From Squalus acanthias (Eukaryota), in assembly GCA_030390025.1 (NCBI GenBank), contig JASTWF010000036.1, positions 682,001-746,000 of the forward strand: a DNA stretch of 64,000 nucleotides, in the 5' to 3' direction. Of this stretch, positions 1-12,062 are shown one piece after another. Each line of letters begins with the position of its first letter. Within the stretch, counting starts at the first letter, position 1. The position numbers and the translations under genes are program-made. Under the pieces are notes generated by a model that searched no databases, was not told where the DNA came from, and was given only the letters and a program-made list of their open reading frames with translations.

Positions 1-225
1 CACGGTGTCCTGGGGCCAATATTTATCCCTCAACCAACATCACTAAAAACAGATGATCTGGTCATTTATCGCATTGCTGTTTCTGGGAGCTTGCTGTGCG
101 TAAATTGGCTGCCGTGTTTCCTACATTACAACAGTGACCACACTTCAAAAAAAGTACTTCATTGGCTGTAAAGTGCTTTGGGACGTCCTGAGGTGGTGAA
201 AGAGGCGGGAGAAATGCGAGTCTTT
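1..225 (+). mobile_element. DeuSINE 3' half (further fragments near 23330-23680, 32025-32195, 33160-33410, 53170-53395 and 54885-55095)
   Basis: Matches the 3' body of 60430-60858. Confidence 0.85.
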
Positions 226-488
226 TTCTCTCTCTCTCTCTATGGGATGTGAAGACCTTGAGAGAAATGAGTTGGGGCAGTTTCAAATGAGTTCCTTCTG
301 GGCATCAGCCAACACATCAAACACTGCCTCCAGCTCCTCAGAACTCATCGTGAAAGTGAGACCTCAATCGCAAATCTGGTGTGCGAAACAGAAGTGTTTT
401 AGTGCTGAGCTTTCTAATCGAAATTGAGGCATATACATAGCGCCAGAGAGTGTTGTCCTCATGTTGAAGGAATCATTAGCGGCAATTT

Positions 489-1485
489 GGGACAGTGTAG
501 AGGGAGCTTTACTCTGTATCTAACCCCGTGCTGTACCTGCCCTGGGAGTGTTTGATGGGACAGTGCAGAGGGACCTTTACTCTGTATCTAACCCGTGCTG
601 TACCTGCCCTGGGAGTGTTTGATGGGACAGTGTAGAGGGACCTTTACTCTGTATCTAACCCCGTGCTGTACCTGCCCTGGGAGTGTTTGATGGGACAGTG
701 TAGAGGGAGCTTTACTCTGTATCTAACCCGTGCTGTACCTGCCCTGGGACTGTTTGATGGGGACAGTGTAGAGGGAGCTTTACTCTGTATCTAACCTGTG
801 CTGTACCTGCCCTGGGACTGTTTGATGGGGACAGTGTAGAGGGAGCTTTACTCTGTATCTAACCCGTGCTGTACCTGCCCTGGGAGTGTTTGATGGGGAC
901 AGTGTAGAGGGAGCTTTACTCTGTATCTAACCCCGTGCTGTACCTGCCCTGGGAGTGTTTGATGGGACAGTGTAGAGGGAGCTTTACTCTGTATCTAACC
1001 CCGTGCTGTACCTGCCCTGGGAGTGTTTGATGGGACAGTGTAGAGGGAGCTTTACTCTGTATCTAACCCCGTGCTGTACCTGCCCTGGGAGTGTTTGATG
1101 GGACAGTGTGGAGGGAGCTTTACTCTGTATCTAACCATGTGCTGTACCTGCCCTGGGAGTGTTTGATGGGACAGTGTAGTTGTCTGCAATTATAAGGTAC
1201 ACATACATTGTTCTCTATCTATATATGCTTTGGCGATTCTGTATCTTTTTACTTCACCCGACGAAGGAGTAGTAAGCTCCGAAAGCTTGTGATTTCAAAT
1301 AAAACTGTTGGACTATAACCTGGTGTTGTAAGACCTCTCAGTGTTTGATGGGACAGTGTAGAGGGAGCTTTACTCTGTATCTAACCCCGTGCTGTACCTG
1401 CCCTGGGAGTGTTTGATGGGGACAGTGTAGAGGGAGCTTTACTCTGTATCTAACCCCGTGCTGTACCTGCCCTGGGAGTGTTTGA
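489..1485. repeat. ~68-bp minisatellite (gggacagtgtagagggagctttactctgtatctaaccccgtgctgtacctgccctgggagtgtttgat), interrupted at 1180-1338
   Basis: About 10 units plus 2 more after the interruption. Confidence 0.95.
1180..1338 (+). mobile_element. Penelope-like terminal fragment with variant hammerhead (CCGACGA core)
   Basis: Homologous to 4920-5060 and 9650-9810; inserted within the 68-bp array. Confidence 0.75.
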
Positions 1486-2214
1486 CTGTTCAGTGTAGAT
1501 TGAACTGTTTGTGTTCCAGATTGTAACAGCTCACTGCGTATATAAAAATTCTTCTCATCTCCCCCTCTGGTTCTTTTGCCGATTACCTTCAATCTGTGTC
1601 CTCTGGTTACCGACCCTCCTGCCACTGGAAACAGTTTCTCCCTCGCTGCTCTATCAAAACCCCTCGTAATTTTGAACACCTCTATTAAATCTTCCCCCTT
1701 AACCTTCTCTGCTCTAAGGAGAACAACCCCAGCTTCTCCAGTCTCTCCACCTCACTGAAGTCCCTCATCCCCTGGTACCATTCTGGTCAATCTCCTCCGC
1801 ACCCTCTCCAAGGCCCTAGACATCCTTCCTAAAGTGCGGTGCCAAGAATTGGACACAATACTCCAGCTGAGGCCTAACCAGTGATTTATAAAGGGTTTAA
1901 CATAACTTCCTCGCTGTTGTCCTCTCTGCCTCCATTTATAAAGCCCAGGATTGACTTATCGACTTAGAGGCTGATGTGATGCTGGCCTTTATATCTAGAG
2001 GACTAGAGTACAAGCGGGTAGAAGTTATGCTGCAGCTACACAAAGCCCTGGTTAGACCACACCTGGAGCCCTGTGAGCAGTTCTGGGCACCACACCTTAG
2101 GAAGGATGTATTGGCCTTGGAGGGAGGGCAGCGTAGGTTTACCAGAATGATACCCAGACTGCAAGGGGTTAAGTTACGAGGAGAGATTACACAAACTAGG
2201 GTTGTCTTCCCTAG

Positions 2215-2714
2215 NNNNNNNNNNNNNNNNNNNNNNNNNNNNNNNNNNNNNNNNNNNNNNNNNNNNNNNNNNNNNNNNNNNNNNNNNNNNNNNNNNNNNN
2301 NNNNNNNNNNNNNNNNNNNNNNNNNNNNNNNNNNNNNNNNNNNNNNNNNNNNNNNNNNNNNNNNNNNNNNNNNNNNNNNNNNNNNNNNNNNNNNNNNNNN
2401 NNNNNNNNNNNNNNNNNNNNNNNNNNNNNNNNNNNNNNNNNNNNNNNNNNNNNNNNNNNNNNNNNNNNNNNNNNNNNNNNNNNNNNNNNNNNNNNNNNNN
2501 NNNNNNNNNNNNNNNNNNNNNNNNNNNNNNNNNNNNNNNNNNNNNNNNNNNNNNNNNNNNNNNNNNNNNNNNNNNNNNNNNNNNNNNNNNNNNNNNNNNN
2601 NNNNNNNNNNNNNNNNNNNNNNNNNNNNNNNNNNNNNNNNNNNNNNNNNNNNNNNNNNNNNNNNNNNNNNNNNNNNNNNNNNNNNNNNNNNNNNNNNNNN
2701 NNNNNNNNNNNNNN
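2215..2714. other. Assembly gap (500 N)
   Basis: Run of N. Confidence 1.
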
Positions 2715-2867
2715 GGGAGGTGTGCTCGTGTTGGCCTAGGCAGGGGCTTTTCCACATTGGTCATCGCGCGAAGGCCATTCGGCCCAACATGTCCGTGCCG
2801 GTGTTTATGCTCCACACGAGCCTCCTCCCACCCCTACTTCATCTCACCCGATCACCATATCCTTCTA

Positions 2868-3350
2868 TACCAGACTGATCCCTGGGATGGCAGGAATGAC
2901 GTATGAGGAGAGATTGGGTCGATTAGGCTTATATTCGCTGGAGTTTAGAAGAATGAGAGGGGATCTCATTGAAACTTATAAAATTCTAACAGGACTAGAC
3001 AGACTAGATGCAGGAAGGATGTTCCCGATGGTCGGAGATTCCAGAACCAGGGGTCACAGTCTAAGGATAAGGGGTAAGCCATTTAGGACTGAGATGAGGA
3101 AGAATTTCTTCACCCAGAGAGTGGTGAACCTGTGGAATTCTCTACCACAGAAGGCAGTTGTGGCCAAGTCATTAAACATATTGAAGAATGAGTTAGATAT
3201 ATTTCTTAAAGCTAAAGGTATCAAGGGATATGGGGAGAAAGCAGGGACAGGGTACTGAGTTTGGATGATCAGCCATGATCTCATCGAATGGCGGAGCAGG
3301 CTCGAGGGGCCGAATGGCCTACTCCTGCTCCTATCTTCTATGTTTCTATT
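2868..3350 (+). mobile_element. CR1 3' end (other fragments near 1540-1950 -, 1960-2214 +, 3350-3605 -)
   Basis: YEERLGRLGLYSLEFRRMRGDLIETYKI...RVVNLWNSLP. Confidence 0.93.
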
Positions 3351-3745
3351 CCTTTCTCCCTCGTGTGTTTATCCAGCTTCCCCCTTAAATGCATCTGTGC
3401 TCTTCGCCTGAACCACTCCCTGTGGTAGTGAGTTCCACATTCTCACCACTCTCTGGGTAAAGAAGTTTCTCCTGAATTCCCGATTGGATTTATTAGTGAC
3501 TATCTTATATTGATGGGCCCCTAGTTCTGGTCTCCTCCCACACAAGTGGAAACATCTTCTCTACGTCGACCCTATCGAAACCCCTTGGTAATCTTAAAGA
3601 CCTCTAGCTTGCGAATTTCATCTTCTGAGACCGACCGACTTCAGCCTGGCTCTAACCGGTGGCTTGGAGGCGTTGAGGGGAACATTAACACGTTCAGGGC
3701 GATACATTATTACTCGAGGGCCGTCGTTGCCCCACGTGGCCGTAC

Positions 3746-3838
3746 CCGGAACACGTTCTTCTTGCTGGACATCGCCTTTGTCCATTCGATCAGCGAGCCT
3801 CGCAGGTCCACGCTGCTCTCCGGCCTGCTCCCCGGTTT
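3746..3838 (-). CDS. ARHGAP9: ARHGAP9 exon, PH domain (KPGSRPESSVDLRGSLIEWTKAMSSKKNVFR)
   Basis: Acceptor ccccaccgctacAG and donor GTacgg; 93 nt, phase 0-0. GSRPESSVDLRG matches my recollection of the human ARHGAP9 PH domain. The gene continues beyond the window start or into the gap. Confidence 0.9.
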
Positions 3839-4084
3839 CTGTAGCGGTGGGGGGAGAGAAATTGGATAAATACTTGAAAAAGAAAAAATTGGCAGGGCTT
3901 GCGAGGGAACGAGCGGGGGATGGGGGGGGGACGGGGAGGAGCGGGACTGATTGGAGAGCTCTTTCGAAGGAGCCGGCACGGGCGCGATGGGCCGAGTGGC
4001 CTCTTCCTGTGCTGCGTCAGTCTATGTTGTCACACACAAAAAAATTATGTATTCCTCTGAAAATAGGTCAGAAGATCCTCAGCT

Positions 4085-4812
4085 GGAGTGTGGCAGAGGA
4101 TCAGAGGGACCTTGGTGTGCATGTACATAGATCCCTGAAGGCAGCAGGACAGGTAGATAAGGTGGTTAAAAAGGCATATGGGATACTTGCCTTCATTAGC
4201 CAAGGCATAGAATATAAGAGCAGGGAGGTTATGATGGAGCTGTACAAAGCGCTAGTTAGGCCACAGCTGGAATACTGTGTGCAGTTCTGGTCGCCACACT
4301 ATAGGAGGGATGTGATTGCATTGGAGAGGGTGCAGAGGAGATTCACCAGGATGTTACCTGGGCTGGAGCGCTTCGGCTATGAAGAGAGACTGGACAGGCT
4401 GGGGTTGTTTTCCTCAGAGCAGAGAAGGCTGAGGGGGGGGACCTGATTGAGGTGTACAAAATTATGAGGGGCATAGGTAGGGTAGATAGAAAGGAACTTT
4501 TCCCCTTAGTAGAGGGGTCAATAACCAGGGGGCATAGTTTCAAGGTAAGGGGCAGGAGGTTTAGAGGGGATTTGAGGGAAAACTTTTTCACCCAGAGGGT
4601 GGTTGGAATCTGGAACTCACTGCCTGAAAAGGGTGGTAGAGGCAGGAACCCTCACAACATTCAAGAAGCATTTAGATGAGCACTTGAAACGCCATAGCAT
4701 ACAAGGCTACGGACCAAGTGCTGGAAAATGGGATTAGAATAGACAGGGCTTGATGGCCGGCGCGGACACGATGGGCCGAAGGGCCTCTTTCTGTGCTGTA
4801 TAACTCTATGAC
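4085..4812 (+). mobile_element. CR1 3' part
   Basis: QRDLGVHVH...LVRPQLEYCVQFWSP. Confidence 0.92.
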
Positions 4813-4833
4813 TATGGCGGACAATTCTGGGCA

Positions 4834-5095
4834 CAGTTAATCTTTCTGACTGCCCTTTATCACACCTCGGCAGAGAGATAATCACGGCAATCAAAGGTGT
4901 GGATTAACTGTAGTCACCTGGCAGTGTTCTCTGACTATATATGCTGTGCCTATATGCATCTCTTCACTTCACCTGACGAAGGAGCAGCGCTCCGAAAGCT
5001 TGTGATTTCAAATAAAGCTGTTGGACTATAACCTGGTGTTGTGCGACTTCTCACATTTGTCCACCCCAGTCCAACACCGGCATCTCCACATCATG
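4834..5095 (+). mobile_element. Non-autonomous Penelope-related element; truncated copy of the 20465-20868 fold-back
   Basis: Near-identical to the reverse complement of about 20465-20722, including the spacer. Confidence 0.8.
4969..5005 (+). ncRNA. Minimal type-I hammerhead ribozyme, family A
   Basis: TCAC-CTGACGA-A-GGAGC agc GCTCC-GAAA-GCTT-GTGA: intact core, stems I and II, and palindromic AGCT in place of stem III. Confidence 0.8.
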
Positions 5096-5292
5096 AAGAG
5101 GCGGTGGAAGCCGATTCCATCATTAATTTTAAAAGGGAGTTGGACGGGTACCGGAGGACGAGGAACTGATAGGGTTACGGACAACAAGCGGGGGGGGGGG
5201 GGGGGGGGGGGGGATGTGGGAGCAATCAGGACTCTATTTTTATTAAAGTAATCCCTTTTCATCAACGGGCAGCGGGGCTCCGATCAACTCAC

Positions 5293-5380
5293 CTTGGCGC
5301 TCGCAGCTTGGGCCTTGCCCTCTTTGTAAAAAGCCAGGCTGTTCTCCGCCAGCACCACCCACGAGCTGCTCCAGTTCTTC
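5293..5380 (-). CDS. ARHGAP9: ARHGAP9 exon, PH domain (KNWSSSWVVLAENSLAFYKEGKAQAASAK)
   Basis: Acceptor tgtctctatcctcAG and donor GTgagt; 88 nt, phase 2-0. Carries the KNW-x-x-SWVVL PH motif of the ARHGAP9/12/15/27 family. Confidence 0.92.
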
Positions 5381-5536
5381 CTGAGGATAGAGACACACAA
5401 CCGCACGTCAAGGTGGTGGGGGGGGCGGGGGTGGGCAAGCCACCGGCGAGCTCGGACTGCAGCCTTTTCCAACAGATCAAGGTTCCGAACCTCCGCTGAC
5501 GGGGGTCGGTTGGGTAAACGCTGGTCCCCGAGCAGA

Positions 5537-5810
5537 ACAAAAAGAAAGGAAAGGCGAGAGGAGAGAAAGAAAGAAAGAGAGGGAGAGAAGGAAAGAAGGA
5601 AAGAAAGAAAGAGAGGAAGAGAGAGAAAAAGAAAGAACGAACGAACGAGAAGGAGAGAAAGAAAGAGGAGAGAAAGAAAGAACGAACGAACGAGAAGGAG
5701 AGAAAGAAAGAGGAGAGAAAGAAAGAAAGAACGAACGACAAGGAGAGAAAGAAAGAAAGAGGAGAGACAGAGAACGAAAAAGGGAACGAAAGAAAGCACA
5801 TAAGAAAGAA
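5537..5810. repeat. Purine-rich (GAAA/GAGA/GAAC)n simple repeat, probably the expanded tail of the adjacent minus-strand SINE
   Basis: Low-complexity purine tract abutting the SINE 3' end. Confidence 0.85.
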
Positions 5811-7510
5811 TTTGCATTTCTCCGGCGCCTTTCACCACCTCAGGACGTCCCAAAGTGCTCCACAGCCAATGAAGTACTTTTTGAAGTGTGGTCACTGTTG
5901 TAATGTAGGAAAAGCGGCAGCCAATTTGCGCACAGCAAGCTCCCACAAACAGCAATGTGATGATGACCGAATCATGTGTTTTAGTGATGGTGGTTGAGGG
6001 ATAAATATTGGCCCCAGGACACAAGCAGCGCTCCCTCAGTACCGCCCCTCCGACAGTGCGGCGCTCCCTCAGTACTGCCCCTCCGACAGTGCAGCACTCC
6101 CTCAGTACTGCCCCTCCGACAGTGCAGCGCTCCCTCAGTACCGCCCCTCCGACAGTGCGGCACTCCCTCAGTACTGCCCCTCCAACAGTGCGGCGTTCCC
6201 TCAGTACTGCCCCTCCGACAGTGCGGCGCTCCCTCAGTACTGCCCCTCTGACAGTGCGGCGCTCCCTCAGTACTGCCCCTCCGACAGTGCGGCGCTCCCT
6301 CAGTACCGCCCCTCCGACAGTGCGGCGCTCCCTCAGTACTGCCCCTCCGACAGTGCGGCACTCCCTCACTACTGTCCCTCCGACAGTGCGGCGCTCCCTC
6401 TGTACTGCCCCTCCGACAGTGCAGCGCTCCCTCAGTACTGCCCCTCCGACAGTGCGACGCTCCCTCAGTACCGCCCCTCCGACAGTGCGGCGCTCCCTCA
6501 GTACTGCCCCTCCGACAGTGCAGCACTCCCTCAGTACTGCCCCTCCGACAGTGCAGCGCTCCCTCAGTACCGCCCCTCCGACAGTGCGGCACTCCCTCAC
6601 TACTGTCCCTCCGACAGTGCGGGGCTCCCTCAGTACTGCCCCTCCGACAGTGCAGCGCTCCCTCAGTACTGCCCCTCCAACAGTGCGGCGTTCCCTCAGT
6701 ACTGCCCCTCCGACAGTGCGGCGCTCCCTCAGTACTGCCCCTCCGACAGTGCGGCGCTCCCTCAGTACTGCCCCTCCGACAGTGCGGCGCTCCCTCAGTA
6801 CCGCCCCTCCGACAGTGCGGCGCTCCCTCAGTACCGCCCCTCCGACAGTGCAGTGCTCCCTCAGCACTGCCCCACCCACAGTGCGGCGCTCCCTCAGTAC
6901 TGCCCCTCCGACAGTGCGGCGCTCCCTCAGTACCGCCCCTCCGACAGTGCGGCGCTCCCTCAGTACTGCCCCTCTGACAGTGCGGCGCTCCCTCAGTACT
7001 GCCCCTCCGACAGTGCGGCGCTCCCTCAGTACTGCCCCTCCGACAGTGCGGCGCTCCCTCAGTACCTCCCCTCTGACAGTGCGGCGCTCCCTCAGTACCG
7101 CCCCTCCGACAGTGCAGTGCGGCGCTCCCTCAGTACTGCCCCTCCGACAGTGCGGCGCTCCCTCAGTACCACCCCTCCGACAGTGCGGCGCTCCCTCAGT
7201 ACTGCCCCTCCGACAGTGCGGCGCTCCCTCAGTACCGCCCCACCGACAGTGCGGCGCTCCCTCAGTACTGCCCCTCCGACAGTGCGGCGCTCCCTCAGTA
7301 CCGCCCCTCCGACAGTGCGGCGCTCCCTCAGTACTGCCCCTCCGACAGTGCGGCGCTCCCTCAGTACCGCCCCTCCGACAGTGCGGCACCCCCTCAGTAC
7401 TGCCCCTCCGACAGTGCGGTGCTCCCTCAGTACTGCCCCTCCGACAGTGCGGCACCCCCTCAGTACCGCCCCTCCGACAGCGCAGTACTGTCACTGGGAG
7501 TGTCAGCCTG
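5806..7510 (-). mobile_element. DeuSINE (SacSINE1-like) with an internal 33-bp array of about 44 units (6025-7490)
   Basis: SINE 3' body at 5806-6022 and aggctgacactcccagtg at the other end. Unit cagtgcggcgctccctcagtactgcccctccga. Confidence 0.9.
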
Positions 7511-7743
7511 GCGAATGTGCTACCAAATGAGCCCCAGCGGAAACAGGGTGTGGGGTGGTTGGCGGATGAAGGAAAGCAATATTTTGTAATTTTGAAACCG
7601 CTGCCAGGCGAGACGACAAGGGGCTGGGGGGGGGTGCGGGGAAGCAAACGTTTTCCTGGGAGGTTGTCTCGGAGACGCGAGGGGACCCGGATACTCGCGA
7701 CCGTTCACTCCCGGGTAAGCACAGAAGCAGAGGCAGCACCTAC

Positions 7744-7805
7744 TTTAGCTTCCGACCTCCTTCCGCAATCTTGGTCTTGTTGAGAGCGCCGGCCTTTTCT
7801 GTCGT
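7744..7805 (-). CDS. ARHGAP9: ARHGAP9 exon, start of PH domain (TTEKAGALNKTKIAEGGRKL)
   Basis: Acceptor ctcttgtcacgcAG and donor GTaggt; 62 nt, phase 0-2, completing an AAG codon with the next exon. EK-G-LN-TKIA-GGRKL family motif. Confidence 0.92.
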
Positions 7806-7872
7806 CTGCGTGACAAGAGCAAGGTCCGATTACACAGGGCACTCGACACGATTAACAGGCAACACTTTCCCT

Positions 7873-8700
7873 TCTGTATCTAACCCCGTGCTGTACCTGC
7901 CCTGGGAGTGTTTGATGGGACAGTGTAGAGGGAGCTTTACTCTGTATCTAACCCTGTGCTGTACCTGCCCTGGGAGTGTTTGATGGGACAGTGTAGAGGG
8001 AGCTTTACTCTGTATCTAACCCGTGCTGTACCTGCCCTGGGAGTGTTTGATGGGACAGTGTAGAGGGAGCTTCACTCTGTATCTAACCCATGCTGTACCT
8101 GCCCTGGGAGTGTTTGATGGGACAGTGTAGAGGGAGCTTTACTCTGTATCTAACCCCGTGCTGTACCTGCCCTGGGAGTGTTTGATGGGGACAGTGTAGA
8201 GGGAGCTTTACTCTGTATCTAACCCCGTGCTGTACCCGTCCTGGGAGTGTTTGATGTGACAGTGTAGAGGGAGCTTTACTCTGTATCTAACCCCGTGCTG
8301 TACCTGCCCTGGGAGTGTTTGATGGGACAATGTGGAGGGAGCTTTACTCTGTATGTAACCCGTGCTGTCCCTGCCCTGGGAGTGTTTGATGGGGACAGTG
8401 TTGAGGGAGCTTTACTCTGTATCTAACCCCGTGCTGTATCTGCCCTGGGAGTGTTTGATGGGACAATGTAGAGGGAGCTTTACTCTGTATCTAATCCCGT
8501 GCTGTACCTGCCCTGGGAGTGTTTGATGGGACAATGTAGAGGGAGCTTTACTCTGTATCTAATCCCGTGCTGTACCTGCCCTGGGAGTGTTTGATGGGAC
8601 AGTGTAGAGGGAGCTTTACTCTGTATCTAACCCCGTGCTGTACCTGCCCTGGGAGTGTTTGATGGGACAGTGTAGAGGGAGCTTTACTCTCTATCTAACC
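7873..8700. repeat. ~68-bp minisatellite, about 12 units
   Basis: Same unit as 489-1485. Confidence 0.95.
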
Positions 8701-9050
8701 ACCGACCCCCCCACTCCCACCACTTCATTGACGGGACCTGGAATCTGAGACATGTCACTGGGAGGCTGGTTGGTCTCCCCGCTTCAGTCTAGATAACCAT
8801 GCAAGTCACCGTCCTAACAGATAGGATGGTCCCAGCCGCGGATAAGCAGGAAGCTTACGGTTGAAAACTTTATGGGGCCCCCCCCTAAAGTCTGGCACTG
8901 GCCAAGCTGAGCCCCTCGGGTTCGACGAGCGGGGTGACGGAGTGCGTTCCCTCCCTTATCATCATGCGGAGATGCCGGTGTTGGACTGGGGTGGACAAAA
9001 ATGAGAAGTCGCACAACACCAGGTTATAGTCCAACAGTTTTATTTGAAAT

Positions 9051-9085
9051 TACGAGCTTTCGGAGCGTTGCTCCTTCGTCAGGTA
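9051..9085 (-). ncRNA. Minimal hammerhead ribozyme, family A
   Basis: Minus strand reads TAC-CTGACGA-A-GGAGC aac GCTCC-GAAA-GCTC-GTA. Confidence 0.75.
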
Positions 9086-9721
9086 CAGTGAGGGAATACA
9101 AATCAGCAATGCATATATAGACAGAGAACAATGTGTCTGCAGAGATACAATCCGTCAGGACGGCATTACATCAAAGACACCTCAGAGTACAGCTAAGACA
9201 ATGAGGTGGTACATCGGCGAGACCATGCAGACACTGAGACAACGTATGAACGGACACCGCGCAACAATCACCAGGCAGGAATGCTACCTCCCAGTCGGGG
9301 AACACTTCAGCAGTCAAGGACATTCAGCCTCGGATCTGCGGGTTAGCGTTCTCCAAGGCGGCCTTCGAGACACACGACAACGCAAAATCGTCGAGCAGAA
9401 ACTGATAGCCAAGTTCCGCACCCATGAGGACGGCCTCAACCGGGATCTTGGGTTCATGTCACGCTACATGACGTAGAGTCATCCAGACTCGAGTCGTCAT
9501 TGTCTTGTTCACAGATGTGATTTCCAGTTTTTTTTAAAAAGTAAAAAGCTTAACTGCAGACTGCAGCATTTGACACGTTGGACCCCCTGTGACCCCACCT
9601 CATTGTCTCAGCTGTATTCTGCTGTGTCTTTGATGTAATGCCGTCCTGACTGATTGTATCTCTGCAGACACATTGTTCTCTGTCTATATATACTTTGTAA
9701 CCGATTTGTATTCCCTCACTG

Positions 9722-9756
9722 TACCTGACGAAGGAGCAGCGCTCCGAAAGCTCGTA
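9722..9756 (+). ncRNA. Minimal hammerhead ribozyme, family A
   Basis: TAC-CTGACGA-A-GGAGC agc GCTCC-GAAA-GCTC-GTA. Confidence 0.75.
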
Positions 9757-9913
9757 ATTTCAAATAAAACTGTTGGACTATAACCTGGTGTGCAACTTCT
9801 CATTTTTGTCCCTTATCATCAGCAGCCCTGAATCAGGCGAGCGAAACCTTCGGTTGGCTTGGCTCAGAGAGACCGCGCTGTCTGAAGGCTAACGAGGAGG
9901 GAAAGGTACTTAC

Positions 9914-9988
9914 GGGAGAGGTTTCAGACGAGCCGACATTCATGCTGACAGAGAAGGAATGGTGTGAAAGGTTCCTCCAAGGCGTTAC
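9914..9988 (-). CDS. ARHGAP9: ARHGAP9 linker exon (VTPWRNLSHHSFSVSMNVGSSETSP)
   Basis: Acceptor ccctcccgcAG and donor GTaagt; 75 nt, phase 0-0, open. RNLSHH resembles ARHGAP15 RNHSQH (recalled). Confidence 0.8.
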
Positions 9989-11324
9989 CTGCGGGAGGGG
10001 GGGGTGGAAAAAAAAACAACTTTGGAAAAATGGAATTGGATAGATACTTCAGACGGAAAAATTCACAGGGCTCCGGGGAAGAGTTGAATTAATTGGATAG
10101 CTCTTTCAAAGAGCAGGCACTTGGTACGATGGGTCGTCTGGCCTCCCTTCTGTGCTGTATAATTCTACTAAGAGGTCCATAGGAACAGGAGGAGGTCGTT
10201 CTCAGCCTCTTGAGCCAGCCCCGCCATTCAATTAGATCAATGGCTGAGCTGCATCTCAACTCCAATTACCTGCCTTTGCTCCCATATCCCCTGTATCCCT
10301 CTCCACCATCTACAAGGCACGAGTCAGGAGTGTGATGGAATAATCTCCACTTGCCTGGATGAGTTGCAGCTCCGACAACACTCAAGAAGCTCGACACCAT
10401 CCAGGACAAAGCAGCCCCGCTTGATCGGCATCCCATCCACCTCCTTAAACATCCACTCCCTCCACCACCGGCGCACCGTGGCTGCAGTGTGTACCATCTA
10501 CAAGATGCACTGCAGCAACTCGCCAAGGCTTCTTCGGCAGCACCTCCCAAACCCGCGACCTCTACCGCCTAGAAGGACAAGGGCAGCAGGCGCACGGGAA
10601 CACCACCACCTCCAAGTTTCACCTCCAAGTCACACACACCATCCCGACTTGGAAATATATCGGCCGTTCCTTCATCGTCGCTGGGTCAAAATCCTGGAAC
10701 TCCCTCCCTAACAGCACTGTGGGAGCACCTTCACCACACGGACTGCAGCGGTTCAAGAAGGAAGCTCACCACCACCTTCTCAAGGGGCGACTAGGGATGG
10801 GCAATAAATGCCGGCCTTGCCACGTGCCATGAACGAATAAAAAAAAAACACCCGTGCCCAACGAAAATCAATCGATCTCCATCCTGAATGATCCAGCCGT
10901 CACCGCCCCAACGGCCTGCTCACTGCGGAGGGCGTGGTCAGTACAATCCCTTGACCAGAGGCCCATGCCTCAGGCCGTGGACGAGCGGACGGGTTGATTA
11001 CCGTTGCGCGGAAGCCCAAACCGTTCGCCCGCCCCCTCTCCTTTCGATGCCGATGGAGCTGTGGCTCGGATCCAGCACGCTCTGCTTACTTTGCAGACTT
11101 CTACGGTTGTCGTTTATCTCTCTGCTTTGCGCTTGCCTTAACTTGACCCTTCAGGCAGATCCTCAACCCCGCTCTCTCAACACCCACCGCATTTATTTGT
11201 AAATCGCTGTGCTCCTCCTGTCTGGGTCCCGTTCCCCAAAGTCACACACCTTCCCCCGACCAAGATTCACCCTTGGGGTCCCGACTAATAACACGCACTG
11301 ACTTGGATGCTCGAAGGTAGACAA

Positions 11325-12062
11325 TTACAACAACTTAAATTTATACAGCGCCTATAACATCGTAAAACGTCCCAGGGTGCTTCACAGGAGCGTAAATCAG
11401 ACAAAATCTGACCCCGAGCCACATCAGGAGATATTAGCACAGGAGACCAAAAGCTTGGCCAAAGAGGGAGGTTTTAAGGAGCGTTTTAAAAGAGGAGAGA
11501 GAGAGAGAGGCGGAGAGGTTTAGGGAGGGAATTCCAGAGCTTAGGGCCCAGGCAGCTGAAGGCACGGACACCAATGGTGGAGCGATGGAAATCAGGGGGA
11601 TGGACCAGAGGCCGGAATTGGAGGAGTGCAGAGATATTGGATGGTTGTAGGGCTGGAGGAGGTTACAGAGATAGGGAGGGTTGTAGGGGCTGGAGGAGGT
11701 TACAGAGATAGGGAGGGTTGTAGGGGGCTGGAGGTGGTTACAGAGATAGGGAGGGTTGTAGGGGGCTGGAGGAGGTTACAGAGATAGGGAGGGTTGTAGG
11801 GGGCTGGAGGAGGTTACAGAGATAGGGAGGGGTGTTGGGGGCTGGAGGAGGTTACAGAGATAGGGAGGGTTGTAGGGGGCTGGAGGAGGTTACAGAGAGA
11901 GGGAGGGTTGTAGGGGGCTGGAGGAGGTTACAGAGATAGGGAGGGTTGTAGGGGTTGTAGGAGGTTACAGAGATAGGGAGGGTTGTCGGGGCTGGAGGAG
12001 GTTACAGAGATAGGGAGGGGGGTGAGGAGGCCGTGGAGGGATTTGAAGACGAGGATGAGAAT
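11325..12062 (-). mobile_element. L2-like LINE 3' end with an internal 38-bp array of about 10 units (11643-12020)
   Basis: Minus strand reads ILILVFKSLHGL...PPYLCNLLQP, typical of the L2 ORF2 C-terminus, followed by a 3' tail. Confidence 0.8.

Larger units (their letters stand above)
8965..9808 (+). mobile_element. Penelope-like element remnant: inverted terminal arms flanking a GIY-YIG endonuclease C-terminal fragment
   Basis: ORF 9201-9476 reads WYIGETMQTLRQRMNGHR...VGEHF...EQKLIAKFRTHEDGLN. Arms at about 8993-9208 and 9596-9810 are inverted. Flanking direct repeat TCCCTTATCATCA at 8952-8964 and 9809-9821. Confidence 0.9.

Noticed and set aside
242..480. Possible next ARHGAP9 exon or RTE-like remnant (SSEELEAVFDVLADA)
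   Set aside because: No PH C-terminal motif or suitable splice sites, and the RT similarity is too weak to call.
1936..2906. Long ORFs spanning X runs (also 51977-52479)
   Set aside because: Artefacts of N gaps joining CR1 fragments.
5510..5803. Arg/Lys/Glu-rich ORF and its Phe/Leu/Ser-rich antisense
   Set aside because: Translation of a purine simple repeat.
5284..7783. 787-aa and 591-aa ORFs, and similar ones at 16.1, 32.5, 46.6 and 57.3 kb
   Set aside because: Produced by the stop-free 33-bp tandem unit on both strands. Only the 88-nt and 62-nt ARHGAP9 exons in this interval are credible coding sequence.
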